From assembly GCA_963702845.1 (NCBI GenBank), contig OY969763.1, positions 3,264,001-3,328,000 on the forward strand: 64,000 nt of DNA. The letters run 5' to 3'. A model generated the notes under the pieces. That model ran no database searches, had not been told where the DNA came from, and saw nothing but the letters and a program-made list of their open reading frames with translations. The DNA comes from an uncultured Verrucomicrobiae bacterium (GTDB taxonomy: Bacteria > Verrucomicrobiota > Verrucomicrobiia > Limisphaerales > Palsa-1400). Position 1 is the stretch's first letter, and each line of letters begins with the position of its first letter. Below are positions 12,301 to 21,728 of the stretch, piece after piece. Position numbers and translations under genes: made by a program.

Positions 12301-15300
12301 GGTGTCGCACCTTCCATCACCTCGCAGCCGCAAAACACAACCGTTAACGCCGGCTCTGCTGCGGTATTGAATGTGACCGCCAGTAGTCCGACGACCTTGC
12401 GTTATCAGTGGCAGAAAAACAATGTGAACTTGTCCAACGGCGGCAACATTTCCGGAGCAACAACTGCCCATCTGACGATCTCGGGCGCTCTCGCCACCGA
12501 CGCCGGCAATTATCATGTGCTGGTCTTCAACGACACGGCCCCGACGACCAGCGCTGACGTGGCGTTGACCGTCAACGATCCGGCCATCAATGTGCAACCT
12601 GCAAGCACGACAGTTGCACTCAGCGCTCCAGCGGTCTTAAACGTTGGTGCGGCAGGCACTGGCACGCTTACCTACCAGTGGCGTAAAGCCACGGTCAACC
12701 TTTCGAATGGCGCAAATATTTCTGGCGCGAATTCTTCGGCCCTGACAATTGTAAGCACCGGTTTCTCCGACGCCGATAGTTATGACGTCATCGTTACCGG
12801 AAGCCTTACCTCAGTGACGAGTTCGACGGCGACAATTACGGTTCAAGACCCTGGAATCGTCATGCAACCGGTTAGCCTCACGCGCAATGCCGGGCAAGAT
12901 GCGGTGTTCAGCGTCGCGGCCAGCGGCACCGGCGCGTTGACTTATTCATGGCGCGATTCTGTTGATGCCCCCATCAGCAACGGTGGACAATTTTCCGGCG
13001 CTGACACATCGTCGCTGACTATTCACGCTGTTTCCCAGGGTAACGTAGGCAGTTACCACGTGGTCGTCACAGGCACCGGCGGCAACGTAACCAGTTCCTC
13101 GGCATCACTCACCGTCATTGATCCGCCGGTGATCGGCACACAGCCTGCGAGCGTAACAAAGAATGCCGGCGTCACCGCAACATTTACTGTGTCTGCCACG
13201 GGAACAGCTCCGTTTACTTATCAATGGCGCAAGAACGGCAGCAACCTCAGCAATGGCGGAAAAGTCTCTGGAGCAACCAACACAACGCTCTCCATCACCA
13301 ACGTCCTTGGTGCCGACCGGGGAAGTTATTCAATCGTGATCAGCAATCCGGCCGGCTCAGCCACAAGCTCGGATGCAATCCTGAGCGTGGTTGATCCGCT
13401 AATCACCGCTCAGCCGAATACCCGAACGAACAACCTTGGCGACAACGCCACCTTCTCTGTCACTGCGACGGGAACAACCGCCCTTTCGTATCAATGGAAG
13501 TTCAATGGAACCGATATCTCCGGCGCGACTGCATCCAGTTATGCCCGCTCGAGCATCACAGCGACTGACGCCGGAACCTACTCCGTTGTCGTTTCCAACT
13601 CCGTCGGCACCGCAACGAGCACCGATGCGCTCCTCGTCATTCCTTATCTGGCAGCGAGCAAAGTCGCGCAGTGGAACTTCAACAGCATCACCCCTGATGC
13701 CAACACCATCACGGGTAATCTGAACCCTTCGACCGGCAGCGGAACGTTGACGTCGCTCAACGGTGTCTCTCTCGGGTTTTCGACAGGGTCACCATCCGAC
13801 CCCGCTGGTGGCACTGATAATTCAACCCTCAGCACAACGAATTACTCGCCGCAAGGCACGAGCAACAAGACCGCTGGCGTTCAGTTTACTGTCAGCACCG
13901 TTGGATGGTCGAACATCTCCGTGTCGTGGGAAGGTCTGAACAACGGCGGCGCCAGCAAATACACTCGCTTCCAATATACAAGTAATGGTGTTGACTGGAC
14001 CGACTCAAATGTCATCACAAAAACCAACAACCTGTTTGTGTATGAAACAGTCAACTTGGCCCCGCTCACGGAGTTGAACAACAATGCGAACGTCGGCTTC
14101 CGTCTCGTCTCGGAATTCGAAAGCACCGCGATCGGAAACGCGAATGCCAACTATGTTCCCACGTCGAACGCCACTTACACCAATTCAGGCACGCAGAGTG
14201 TGATGCGGTTTGAACTTTTCACTGTCATGGCCAGTGTGGCTCCGACGATTACAAGCAATCCGACCAGCGTAACCAAAGAGTTTGGCGACACGGCGAACTT
14301 CAGTGTCAGTGCGTCCGGCGGTACCTTGAGTTATCAATGGACCAAAAACGGAACCCCGTTAACCGATGTTGGCAACATTAGTGGAGCAATCACCAGCACG
14401 CTCACTGTCAGCAGCGTGGCAGGCGCTGATGACGGCTCTTACGCCTGCGTCGTCAGCAATTCCGCCGGATCAACCACCAGCGACAGTGCAACTCTCGTCG
14501 TGCACGATCCTGCGATCACTGCGCAACCGGCCGACACGACTGTCGAGTGCGGTTCCAGCGCAGTGCTGAATGTTTCCGCTTCTGGGACACCAGCCCTGAC
14601 CTACCAATGGTACACACCTGACGCTAACGGCACGCCCGTTCCTGGCGGACAAAGCTCCAGTTTGACGGTGAACAACGTTCACGGGTCCACGGCATACGTA
14701 GTAGTCGTCGGCAATGGATTGGCCAGCACGGTCACCAGCAGCAGCGCCACCGTTACTGCTAGCGATACAATCGCTCCATCCATCACGGTTAACAGCGGCC
14801 CGAGCACAGTCTGTCTCAGCAGCTTGTATTCGGAATCCGGGAGCAACGGCCAGTGACGTCTGCGATGGCACTGTGGCCGTCAGCACCTCGGGCTCCGTTA
14901 ACACGAGCATCGTCGGCGCTTACACGCTCACGTATACCGCAGCTGATTCAAGCCTGAACGGTACGTCTGCCACCCGCGTCGTGAGCGTTGTCTCTTGCGT
15001 TGCGACCATCACGGTCCAACCACAATCGCAAACAGTCCCTGCCAGTGGCACACTTAACCTGAGTGTCGTTGCAACCGGTGTTGGCATTACTTACCAATGG
15101 AACTTTGACGGCACCCCGATTCTGAATGCGACGAATTCGACATTCACTAAGACAAACATGACTCCAACCGATGCTGGTCCTTACACTGTTGATGTAACCA
15201 GCGGCAGCACGATCTCGAGTGATTCCGCGGTTATCACTGTCAGTGATCCAGGAATCAGCGTCCAGCCGGTCAACGTGATCGCCACCACCAAGAGCAACAT

Positions 15301-16462
15301 TACCTTCAGCATTACTGCTGGCGGCACTGGCCCGTTGAAGTATCAGTGGTATTTCATCAAACACGGGACGACGACGGTCAAGAAGTTGGCCCACAGCGCC
15401 GTTTACCCGGCCGTAACCAACGCCACCCTCTCGGTCGTGAAGGTCAGTGGTACAGCTGATGCGGGCAGTTACTACTGCCTCGTGACCAACAGCATTGGCA
15501 GCGTGACCAGCACCAGCGCGACTTTGACGGTCTACGACGCGCCGTTGGTGAAAATTGCTCCACCCAGCAAGACGTTGCTGGCTGGTTTCAACTACACCAT
15601 GGTAGCCAAAGTGACCAAGGGTGCGCTCAATCAGACCCTGAGCTATCAATGGAACAAAAACGGCAATGCCATCGGTGGCGCAACCACCTCGACCTACTCG
15701 CTGGTGGATGTTCAAACCCCTAACACAGCGGTCTACTCCTGCGTGGTGAGCAACAACTCGCCGACAGGTGGCACAGCCAGTTTCTCCCTGACGGTGACTC
15801 AAGACACTGAAGTTCCCAAAGTGGTGCTCTTGTTGAAACCGACGGACATGGCAGCCAAACACGCGTTGACCACCAACGACGTTCCTGTTGATCCGACCGG
15901 AACCAATCACGCGCCTAATGTCGACTTCCTCGGCAAGGCAGTGGATAAAGGATTGATCGTGTCGGCCTGGGTCAGCAACGCCGTCAATCAGGCGGTGTTC
16001 CCGGCGACATTCGTGAAGAAGGTGACCGACCTGACGGGGACGAACACTTCGGCAGGCAAGCCGGCGTTCTTCCTCTCGCACGTGAGCATGGTAGATGGAA
16101 CCAACATCTTCTGGGGCCTGGCGACGGACTCGGACGGCAACACGACCACGACCACGAAAGGCACGCACATGTTCTTCATTGCCAATCCGCAAGCGCTGAC
16201 CTTGGCGACCAGCGGGACGGGCCGGATCACCTCGGTGACCGACGCGACCTCAAAGAACTGGGGCAACCCGACCAATACAGCGGTGCTGGCGGTCGGCCAC
16301 AATTACACAATAAAGGCCACGCCAATCGGCAGAGGCATAACCTTCCAGAAATGGACCGTGTCAGACAGCACTGGCCCATTGGCTGATCAACTGGCCAATC
16401 CATTGACCTTCACCATGTCACTTGGACGAACCAATACGGCTGTGTTCTCCAACCACCCGTAA
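6385..16462 (+). CDS. Giant secreted protein (~3360 aa) with autotransporter-associated beta-strand repeats, many Ig domains and two beta-sandwich domains; split by a +1 frameshift at ~14834
   Basis: Signal peptide MKKTSLALFAIAILL. PATR repeats LTKxGxGTLxLxGxNTYxGxT. Ig repeats. ORFs 6385-14856 and 14714-16462 join if one A of TCGGAATCCG (14834-35) is removed, matching the paralog TCAGATCCG at ~4696. No beta-barrel or PEP-CTERM at the C-terminus. Confidence 0.85.
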
Positions 16463-16466
16463 TTAG
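14537..16466 (+). repeat. Copy 2 of the shared C-terminal module, with one extra Ig domain (~14990-15245)
   Basis: Direct nucleotide comparison with 4402-6092. Confidence 0.95.
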
Positions 16467-16477
16467 AAATTGATTCA

Positions 16478-16512
16478 CACAAGGCGTTCCGTTTCGACGG
16501 GACGCCTTTGTG
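16478..16512. terminator. Terminator hairpin between convergent genes, homologous to the one at 6104
   Basis: CACAAGGCGTTCCGT-TTCG-ACGGGACGCCTTTGTG; lies between the stop at 16462 and the tsaD stop at 16513. Confidence 0.8.
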
Positions 16513-17538
16513 TTATAGCGGCCAATTGGGTTGGATATCAGCGTCCAATTCTGACGTGTGATTCGCGAGCAACTTGCGCTCGGCAAGAATCCCAATCATC
16601 GCCGCATTGTCCGTGGAAAATTTCTTTTCGACTAATCGCAACCGAATGCCGCGCTTCTCGCACGCACGGGCGAGTTCGCGTCGCAACGCCGAGTTGCACG
16701 CCACCCCGCCCGACGCCGTCACGCACTTCACGTTGAGCCGCTCTGCCGCGCGCATCGTTTTTGCGACGAGCACTTCCACAATCGCCGCCTGCACGCTCGC
16801 GCAGAGATCAGGAAGCCGCGAACTGTCGGCCAAGAGTTGCGGATTTTTCTGGAGAAAGTAGCGGACGGAAGTCTTCAGCCCGGCAAAACTAAAATCATCA
16901 GTCGGATCGTGAATCATCGGTCGCGGAAAATCGAACGCCCGCGCGTTTCCGTGAACGGCGAGTTTGTCGATCTCCGGACCCGCCGGATACGGCAATCCCA
17001 GCAACTTGCCGGCCTTATCGAAACATTCGCCCGCGGCATCGTCGATGGTGGAACCAACAACGCGATGCTTCAGCTCGCTCTCAACATGAACCAGTAATGT
17101 GTGGCCGCCAGAGACGATGAGGGAGACGTTCATTTCGAACGCCCCAATGTCGACCCGGGCGCCAGATTCGGTCGCTACAATCCAGGGAGAGAAAAGATGC
17201 GCTTCGTGATGATGAATTCCGATGAATGGTTTACGCAGAGCGAAGGCCATCGCCTGCGCTCCTTTCAGCCCAACCAACAACGCCGCTGGCAATCCAGGCC
17301 CTTGCGTGGCCGCGATAGCGTCGAGTTGTTCAGGTGTGATTGCTGCGTGCTTCAACGCTTCACGGCTGACCGGCAGAAAATTGCGCAAGTGCTCGCGTGT
17401 GGCCAGTTCCGGGACAACGCCGCCGTATTCAGCGTGTAACGCGACCTGGGAAGAAACGACGTTCGACACAATGACACCGTCGCGAATCACCGCGACGCTG
17501 GTCTCGTCGCAGGAAGTTTCGAAGGCAAGCAGCGTCAT
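16513..17538 (-). CDS. tsaD: tRNA N6-threonylcarbamoyladenosine synthesis protein TsaD
   Basis: FETSCDET, GGVVPELA, HHEAH, VSGGHT, DDAAGECFDK, DFSFAGLKT, TDNAAMI. Confidence 0.97.
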   Translation of the reverse strand: MTLLAFETSCDETSVAVIRDGVIVSNVVSSQVALHAEYGGVVPELATREHLRNFLPVSREALKHAAITPEQLDAIAATQGPGLPAALLVGLKGAQAMAFALRKPFIGIHHHEAHLFSPWIVATESGARVDIGAFEMNVSLIVSGGHTLLVHVESELKHRVVGSTIDDAAGECFDKAGKLLGLPYPAGPEIDKLAVHGNARAFDFPRPMIHDPTDDFSFAGLKTSVRYFLQKNPQLLADSSRLPDLCASVQAAIVEVLVAKTMRAAERLNVKCVTASGGVACNSALRRELARACEKRGIRLRLVEKKFSTDNAAMIGILAERKLLANHTSELDADIQPNWPL

Positions 17539-17624
17539 TGAGAACGGTTAACAGAGCGCCACTCGTTAGCAAGTGGTTTTGCAAAAGTGCTGGCTGCACT
17601 GTCAATGCAGCGAGAAATTCGAAA

Positions 17625-18944
17625 CTACTTCGAAGCAACCTTGGACGGTTCCGGATTGCGTTGCGCGTAGAGGAGCACTCCCTTCAGCACATCAATGGCG
17701 CGTTCCATCTGAGTATCGTGCGCGCTCCTGACGCGTTCACGGTCCTTATCATCAAGCGTGTTCATGGCGCCGGGAGTGCGTTTGTAATACAGGTCACGAT
17801 CCTCGTCGTCGGTCATGGGCACGATAATGTCAGGCGTGATGCCGTGTTCGTGAATGACTTTATGGCTGGGCGTATAATATTTCGCCGTGGTCAGGCGCAG
17901 GGCAGAACCGTCCGGCAATGGCAGGATGCTTTGGACGGAGCCTTTGCCAAAGGTTTGTTCACCGACAACGATCGCGTGCGTCACCGGTTGCAGATCTTGC
18001 AAACAACCGGCAACGATCTCAGAAGCGCTGGCACTGCCGATGTTCACGAGCACAACCATCGGCAACTCATAGCGATGTCCATGACCGCTTGAGCGGTATT
18101 CCGATTTCTGTGCGGAATTGCGACCCTCGGTGGAGACGATCAGTTTGTCACGAGGAACGAATTTTTCACACACGGCTGCGGCTTGATCGAGCAGTCCGCC
18201 TGGGTTTCCACGCAGGTCCAGGATTAAAGCTTTCATGCCGTTGCTCTGCAGTTTTCCGAGCGCTTTCTCCAATTCGTCGGAAGTTTTCTCGCCGAATTGT
18301 GTGATGCGAACATAGCCAATTTTATTTTCGTCGACCGGGAACTGGCGCTTGCCGCTGATATCTTTGACGGTGTCGACTTTGATATTGGCGCGCGTCAGTT
18401 TGTAATCCTTAACCTGCCCTGTGGATGGACGTTCCATCGTGAGCGTGACGTCGGTCCCGGCTTCGCCACGGAGATATTTAACCGCTTCTTCCAAACCGAA
18501 CTTTTCTGTGCTCTTGCCGTCGATCTTCAAAATTCGATCCAACGGAAGAATGCCGGCGCGATAGCCCGGAGTATCTTCCATCGGCGCAACAACGGTCAGG
18601 AATTTATCTTTGCTGAGTTGAACAACAATACCGACTCCGCCGAATTCGCCCTGGGTGTCCTTCTTGAGTTCATCGAATTTCGACGGATCCATGAATTCGC
18701 TGTGAGGATCGAGCGTATTCAACATGCCTTTGAGAGCCCCGTGAATGAGTTCCTGATAGCTAAGCTTCTCGCCATCGACGTATTCAGAACGGACCTTCTC
18801 AAGCACGTCGGCGAGAAGTTTGTAGTTCTCGTATGGATCGTCCTTTTGCGACGCGTGCGCGGAATAGAAATAAATCTGAGCGCCGAAGAAAAGATTCAGC
18901 CCCAAAGTAAGCAGTAGTACTGTGTGTAAAAGTCTGCGATTCAT
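17625..18944 (-). CDS. ctpA: S41 family C-terminal processing protease (PDZ plus peptidase)
   Basis: LDPHS, FGGVGI, LDLRGNPGG, SASASEI, TFGKGSVQ; likely start MNRRLL at 18944 followed by a hydrophobic anchor. Confidence 0.93.
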   Translation of the reverse strand: MNRRLLHTVLLLTLGLNLFFGAQIYFYSAHASQKDDPYENYKLLADVLEKVRSEYVDGEKLSYQELIHGALKGMLNTLDPHSEFMDPSKFDELKKDTQGEFGGVGIVVQLSKDKFLTVVAPMEDTPGYRAGILPLDRILKIDGKSTEKFGLEEAVKYLRGEAGTDVTLTMERPSTGQVKDYKLTRANIKVDTVKDISGKRQFPVDENKIGYVRITQFGEKTSDELEKALGKLQSNGMKALILDLRGNPGGLLDQAAAVCEKFVPRDKLIVSTEGRNSAQKSEYRSSGHGHRYELPMVVLVNIGSASASEIVAGCLQDLQPVTHAIVVGEQTFGKGSVQSILPLPDGSALRLTTAKYYTPSHKVIHEHGITPDIIVPMTDDEDRDLYYKRTPGAMNTLDDKDRERVRSAHDTQMERAIDVLKGVLLYAQRNPEPSKVASK

Positions 18945-19127
18945 AACTCGGCTCGTGCCACAACGATACGATGCGTGAGCAACCATTGCAAGGCGGGGAA
19001 CGCTGAATGCGAACGTAGTCGAAAGCGCGAGTGCCACATCGAAGCGAACCGCAAAACCAACACCACCCCAGCCCGCACCTGTGCAATTTATGCTTTCAGG
19101 CGCAGGTTATTTCCGTAATCTCGCCCC

Positions 19128-20153
19128 ATGCAGAAGTTGAAAGTTGCGGTGGTTGGTGTGGGTTCACTCGGGAAAGAACATGCCCGGATCTACGCGGAAC
19201 TCGCAGCCGCTGGAAAAGTTGAATTCACGGGAATTTACGACACCTCGAACGCATCGGTTGACCGCGTGAACGAAAAGATGAAGGTGCGTCGGTTTGGAAC
19301 GATCGAGGAGTTATGCGCGGCGAGCGACGCCATCAGTGTGGTCACGCCGACATTTACGCACTTCGAAATCGCCAGCAAACTTTTGAAAGCCGGGCGCCAC
19401 GTGTTGGTTGAAAAACCAATGACCGACAACGCTGCGCAAGCAACGGAATTGGTGCATCTGGCCCAGGAACACCAATGTGTGCTGCAGGTCGGCCACGTTG
19501 AGCGCTTTAATCCGGTGCTCGGTTACCTCGAAAAGATCGCGACCGACCCACGGTTCATCGAGACGCATCGGTTGTCGCCCTACCCCGCGCGCAGCACGGA
19601 TGTTGGCGTGGTGCTTGATCTGATGATCCATGATTTGGACGTCGTGCTCGCGTTTGTGAAGTCGCCGGTGACCAGCGTTGATGCGGTTGGAATTTCGGTG
19701 CTGAGCAAATCGGAAGACATTGCCAATGCCCGTATAAAATTTGCCAACGGATGTCTCGCCAATTTGACCGCGAGCCGGGTCAGCCCTGAACGGATGCGCA
19801 AGATTCGCGTCTTCAGCGGCGGAGAAATCAATAGCTACGTTTCGCTGGATTATCGCGCGCAGGAAGGGTTCATCTATCGCATCGCGAGGGACGGCGAGGA
19901 AGAATCGTCGTTCCTGAAAAAACTGCTACGCGCAAAGGATTCAACAATCGTCAGCCAGTTCGCCGGACGCAAAATCGTGCGCGAACCGGTGCCGATTGAA
20001 AAGGACGAACCACTGAAATTGGAGCTGCAGCATTTTGTGGAATGCGCGAAAGCGCGCAGCACGCCGCGAGTAAGCGGAGAAACGGCAAGAGAATCTCTGG
20101 ACCTGGCATTCGAAATTACGCGACAAATTCAAAAAGCAAATTTGGCGGCATAA
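19128..20153 (+). CDS. Gfo/Idh/MocA oxidoreductase, GnnA-like
   Basis: GVGSLG, VEKP, GHVERFNP, DLMIHD; co-operonic with lpxB. Confidence 0.85.
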   Translation: MQKLKVAVVGVGSLGKEHARIYAELAAAGKVEFTGIYDTSNASVDRVNEKMKVRRFGTIEELCAASDAISVVTPTFTHFEIASKLLKAGRHVLVEKPMTDNAAQATELVHLAQEHQCVLQVGHVERFNPVLGYLEKIATDPRFIETHRLSPYPARSTDVGVVLDLMIHDLDVVLAFVKSPVTSVDAVGISVLSKSEDIANARIKFANGCLANLTASRVSPERMRKIRVFSGGEINSYVSLDYRAQEGFIYRIARDGEEESSFLKKLLRAKDSTIVSQFAGRKIVREPVPIEKDEPLKLELQHFVECAKARSTPRVSGETARESLDLAFEITRQIQKANLAA

Positions 20154-20531
20154 ATGGGCAGCATCATCCTCATTTTACCAATCTTCACGTTCAGCGTCTG
20201 GTTATTGGCCACGACGGGCTGTCGCGTTTTTAAGGAGACACTGGCGAGCGGCCGGTGGACACGTTTGATTATCGTCGTCGTGATTGGGATAGTTCTCGGC
20301 TGGCTGTTCACGTTCCGCGTGCAATACAAAATGGGGGCGACCCTTCGGCTGCATTCATTTCCCGTCCCGTCAGTGTTTACGTATTTACAGGATTCGAGGT
20401 GGGTTAATTCGCCACTGCCGCGTCCAATGCAATTAGCGGTTTACTTCGTGGATTTTGCGTTTGGCATTGCGCTCGCGTTCTTCCCGTTCAAACTCGGCGA
20501 GTTTTTCCGGCAAGTGAAAGCAGAGGTATGA
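20154..20531 (+). CDS. Small membrane protein of unknown function
   Basis: Three hydrophobic segments; starts directly after the upstream stop and overlaps the lpxB start (ATGA). Confidence 0.75.
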   Translation: MGSIILILPIFTFSVWLLATTGCRVFKETLASGRWTRLIIVVVIGIVLGWLFTFRVQYKMGATLRLHSFPVPSVFTYLQDSRWVNSPLPRPMQLAVYFVDFAFGIALAFFPFKLGEFFRQVKAEV

Positions 20532-21706
20532 AGACCAAACGCATCATGTTTATCGCGGGTGACCCGAGCGGCGATGCGCTGGCCGCAGACCTTGTTCGCG
20601 CACTCGGCAAAAAGTTGTCGCCGGTGCTCTGTTCGTTTTTCGGCGCCGGCGGACCAAAGATGGCCGAAGCCGGAGTGGAACTTGTGTTCGATCTCACCTC
20701 CGATTCTGTGATCGGCATCAGCGACGTTTTCAAAAAGCTGCCAGAATTTCGTCGACGGTTCTGTCACCTGGTAAATCTAGCCGTTGAACGACAGCCGGAT
20801 CTGATCGTGCTGGTCGATTTCTCTGGATTCAACCGGCGGTTCGCGAAAGCAATCCGCGAGCGGCAACCGAAAAACGGAGATTGGAAGCCGCGCATTGTAC
20901 AATACGTGTCGCCGCAAGTGTGGGCTTCGCGCTCAGGGCGTGCGCGATCGTTGGTGCGTGATGTCGACTTATTGCTCTGCCTGTTTCCGTTTGAAAAGCC
21001 TTGGTATGCGGAACGATTCCCGGCGTTGAAAGTCGAGTTTGTTGGGTCGCCAATATTCGATCGTTACGCCAATTACCAATTTCACCCCGAGAAATATCCC
21101 GTGCCATCGTGGGCCAGCGCGGACCCAAATCTGCCGTTAGTCGTATTGCTACCCGGAAGCCGAAAGGGTGAATTGAAGCGGCACCTGCCAGTCATGTTCG
21201 CCGCGTTGCACCAAATTCAACGGCAAGTGCCGGTGCGGTATCGGATAGTTTTACCCGAGACTCTGGACATCACCGGAATGTTCCCGGATCTGCCTCGCAA
21301 TTTATTCATCCAACACGGCGGACTGGCTGAGGCATTGCGCGAAGCGACGGTTGCAATTTCAAAAACGGGAACGGTGATGATGGAATGCGCCTACTTTGGG
21401 GTGCCTACCGTTGCGATTTACAAAACTTCGTGGCTGACGGCCCTTATCGCGCGTTGCCTCATCCAGGTGAAGTTTTTGGCAATGCCAAATCTGCTGGCGA
21501 ACGAAGCGGTGTTCCCCGAATTGCTCCAGCAGGACGCCACCGCAAACCGTATCGCAACTGAAGCGTTGGAGTTATTGCGCAACGAGACGAAGCGGACACA
21601 AGTGAAGACCAAATTGAAACACGTCTTTTCGCAATTAGGCGGCGTTGGCGCGACAGAACGAGCGGCGACTGCGATCTTGAAATTGGTGAACGAAAGCCGG
21701 TCCTAA
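20528..21706 (+). CDS. lpxB: Lipid-A-disaccharide synthase
   Basis: IAGDPSGD, VDFSGFN, YVSPQVWASR, LFPFE, LLPGSR, MPNLL, PELLQ. Confidence 0.96.
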   Translation: MKTKRIMFIAGDPSGDALAADLVRALGKKLSPVLCSFFGAGGPKMAEAGVELVFDLTSDSVIGISDVFKKLPEFRRRFCHLVNLAVERQPDLIVLVDFSGFNRRFAKAIRERQPKNGDWKPRIVQYVSPQVWASRSGRARSLVRDVDLLLCLFPFEKPWYAERFPALKVEFVGSPIFDRYANYQFHPEKYPVPSWASADPNLPLVVLLPGSRKGELKRHLPVMFAALHQIQRQVPVRYRIVLPETLDITGMFPDLPRNLFIQHGGLAEALREATVAISKTGTVMMECAYFGVPTVAIYKTSWLTALIARCLIQVKFLAMPNLLANEAVFPELLQQDATANRIATEALELLRNETKRTQVKTKLKHVFSQLGGVGATERAATAILKLVNESRS

Positions 21707-21728
21707 GACCTGCGCCGTTGAACCATCA

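Noticed and set aside
14948..16192. 414-aa antisense ORF (likewise 57453-58604, 39340-40062, 58704-59336 and many shorter ones)
   Set aside because: Shadow frames of codon-biased real genes with no recognisable motifs.
5131..16462. Diversity-generating retroelement (TR/VR pair) explaining the duplicated C-termini
   Set aside because: Both copies are coding and ~1 kb long, differences are mostly synonymous and not adenine-specific, and there is no reverse transcriptase in the window.
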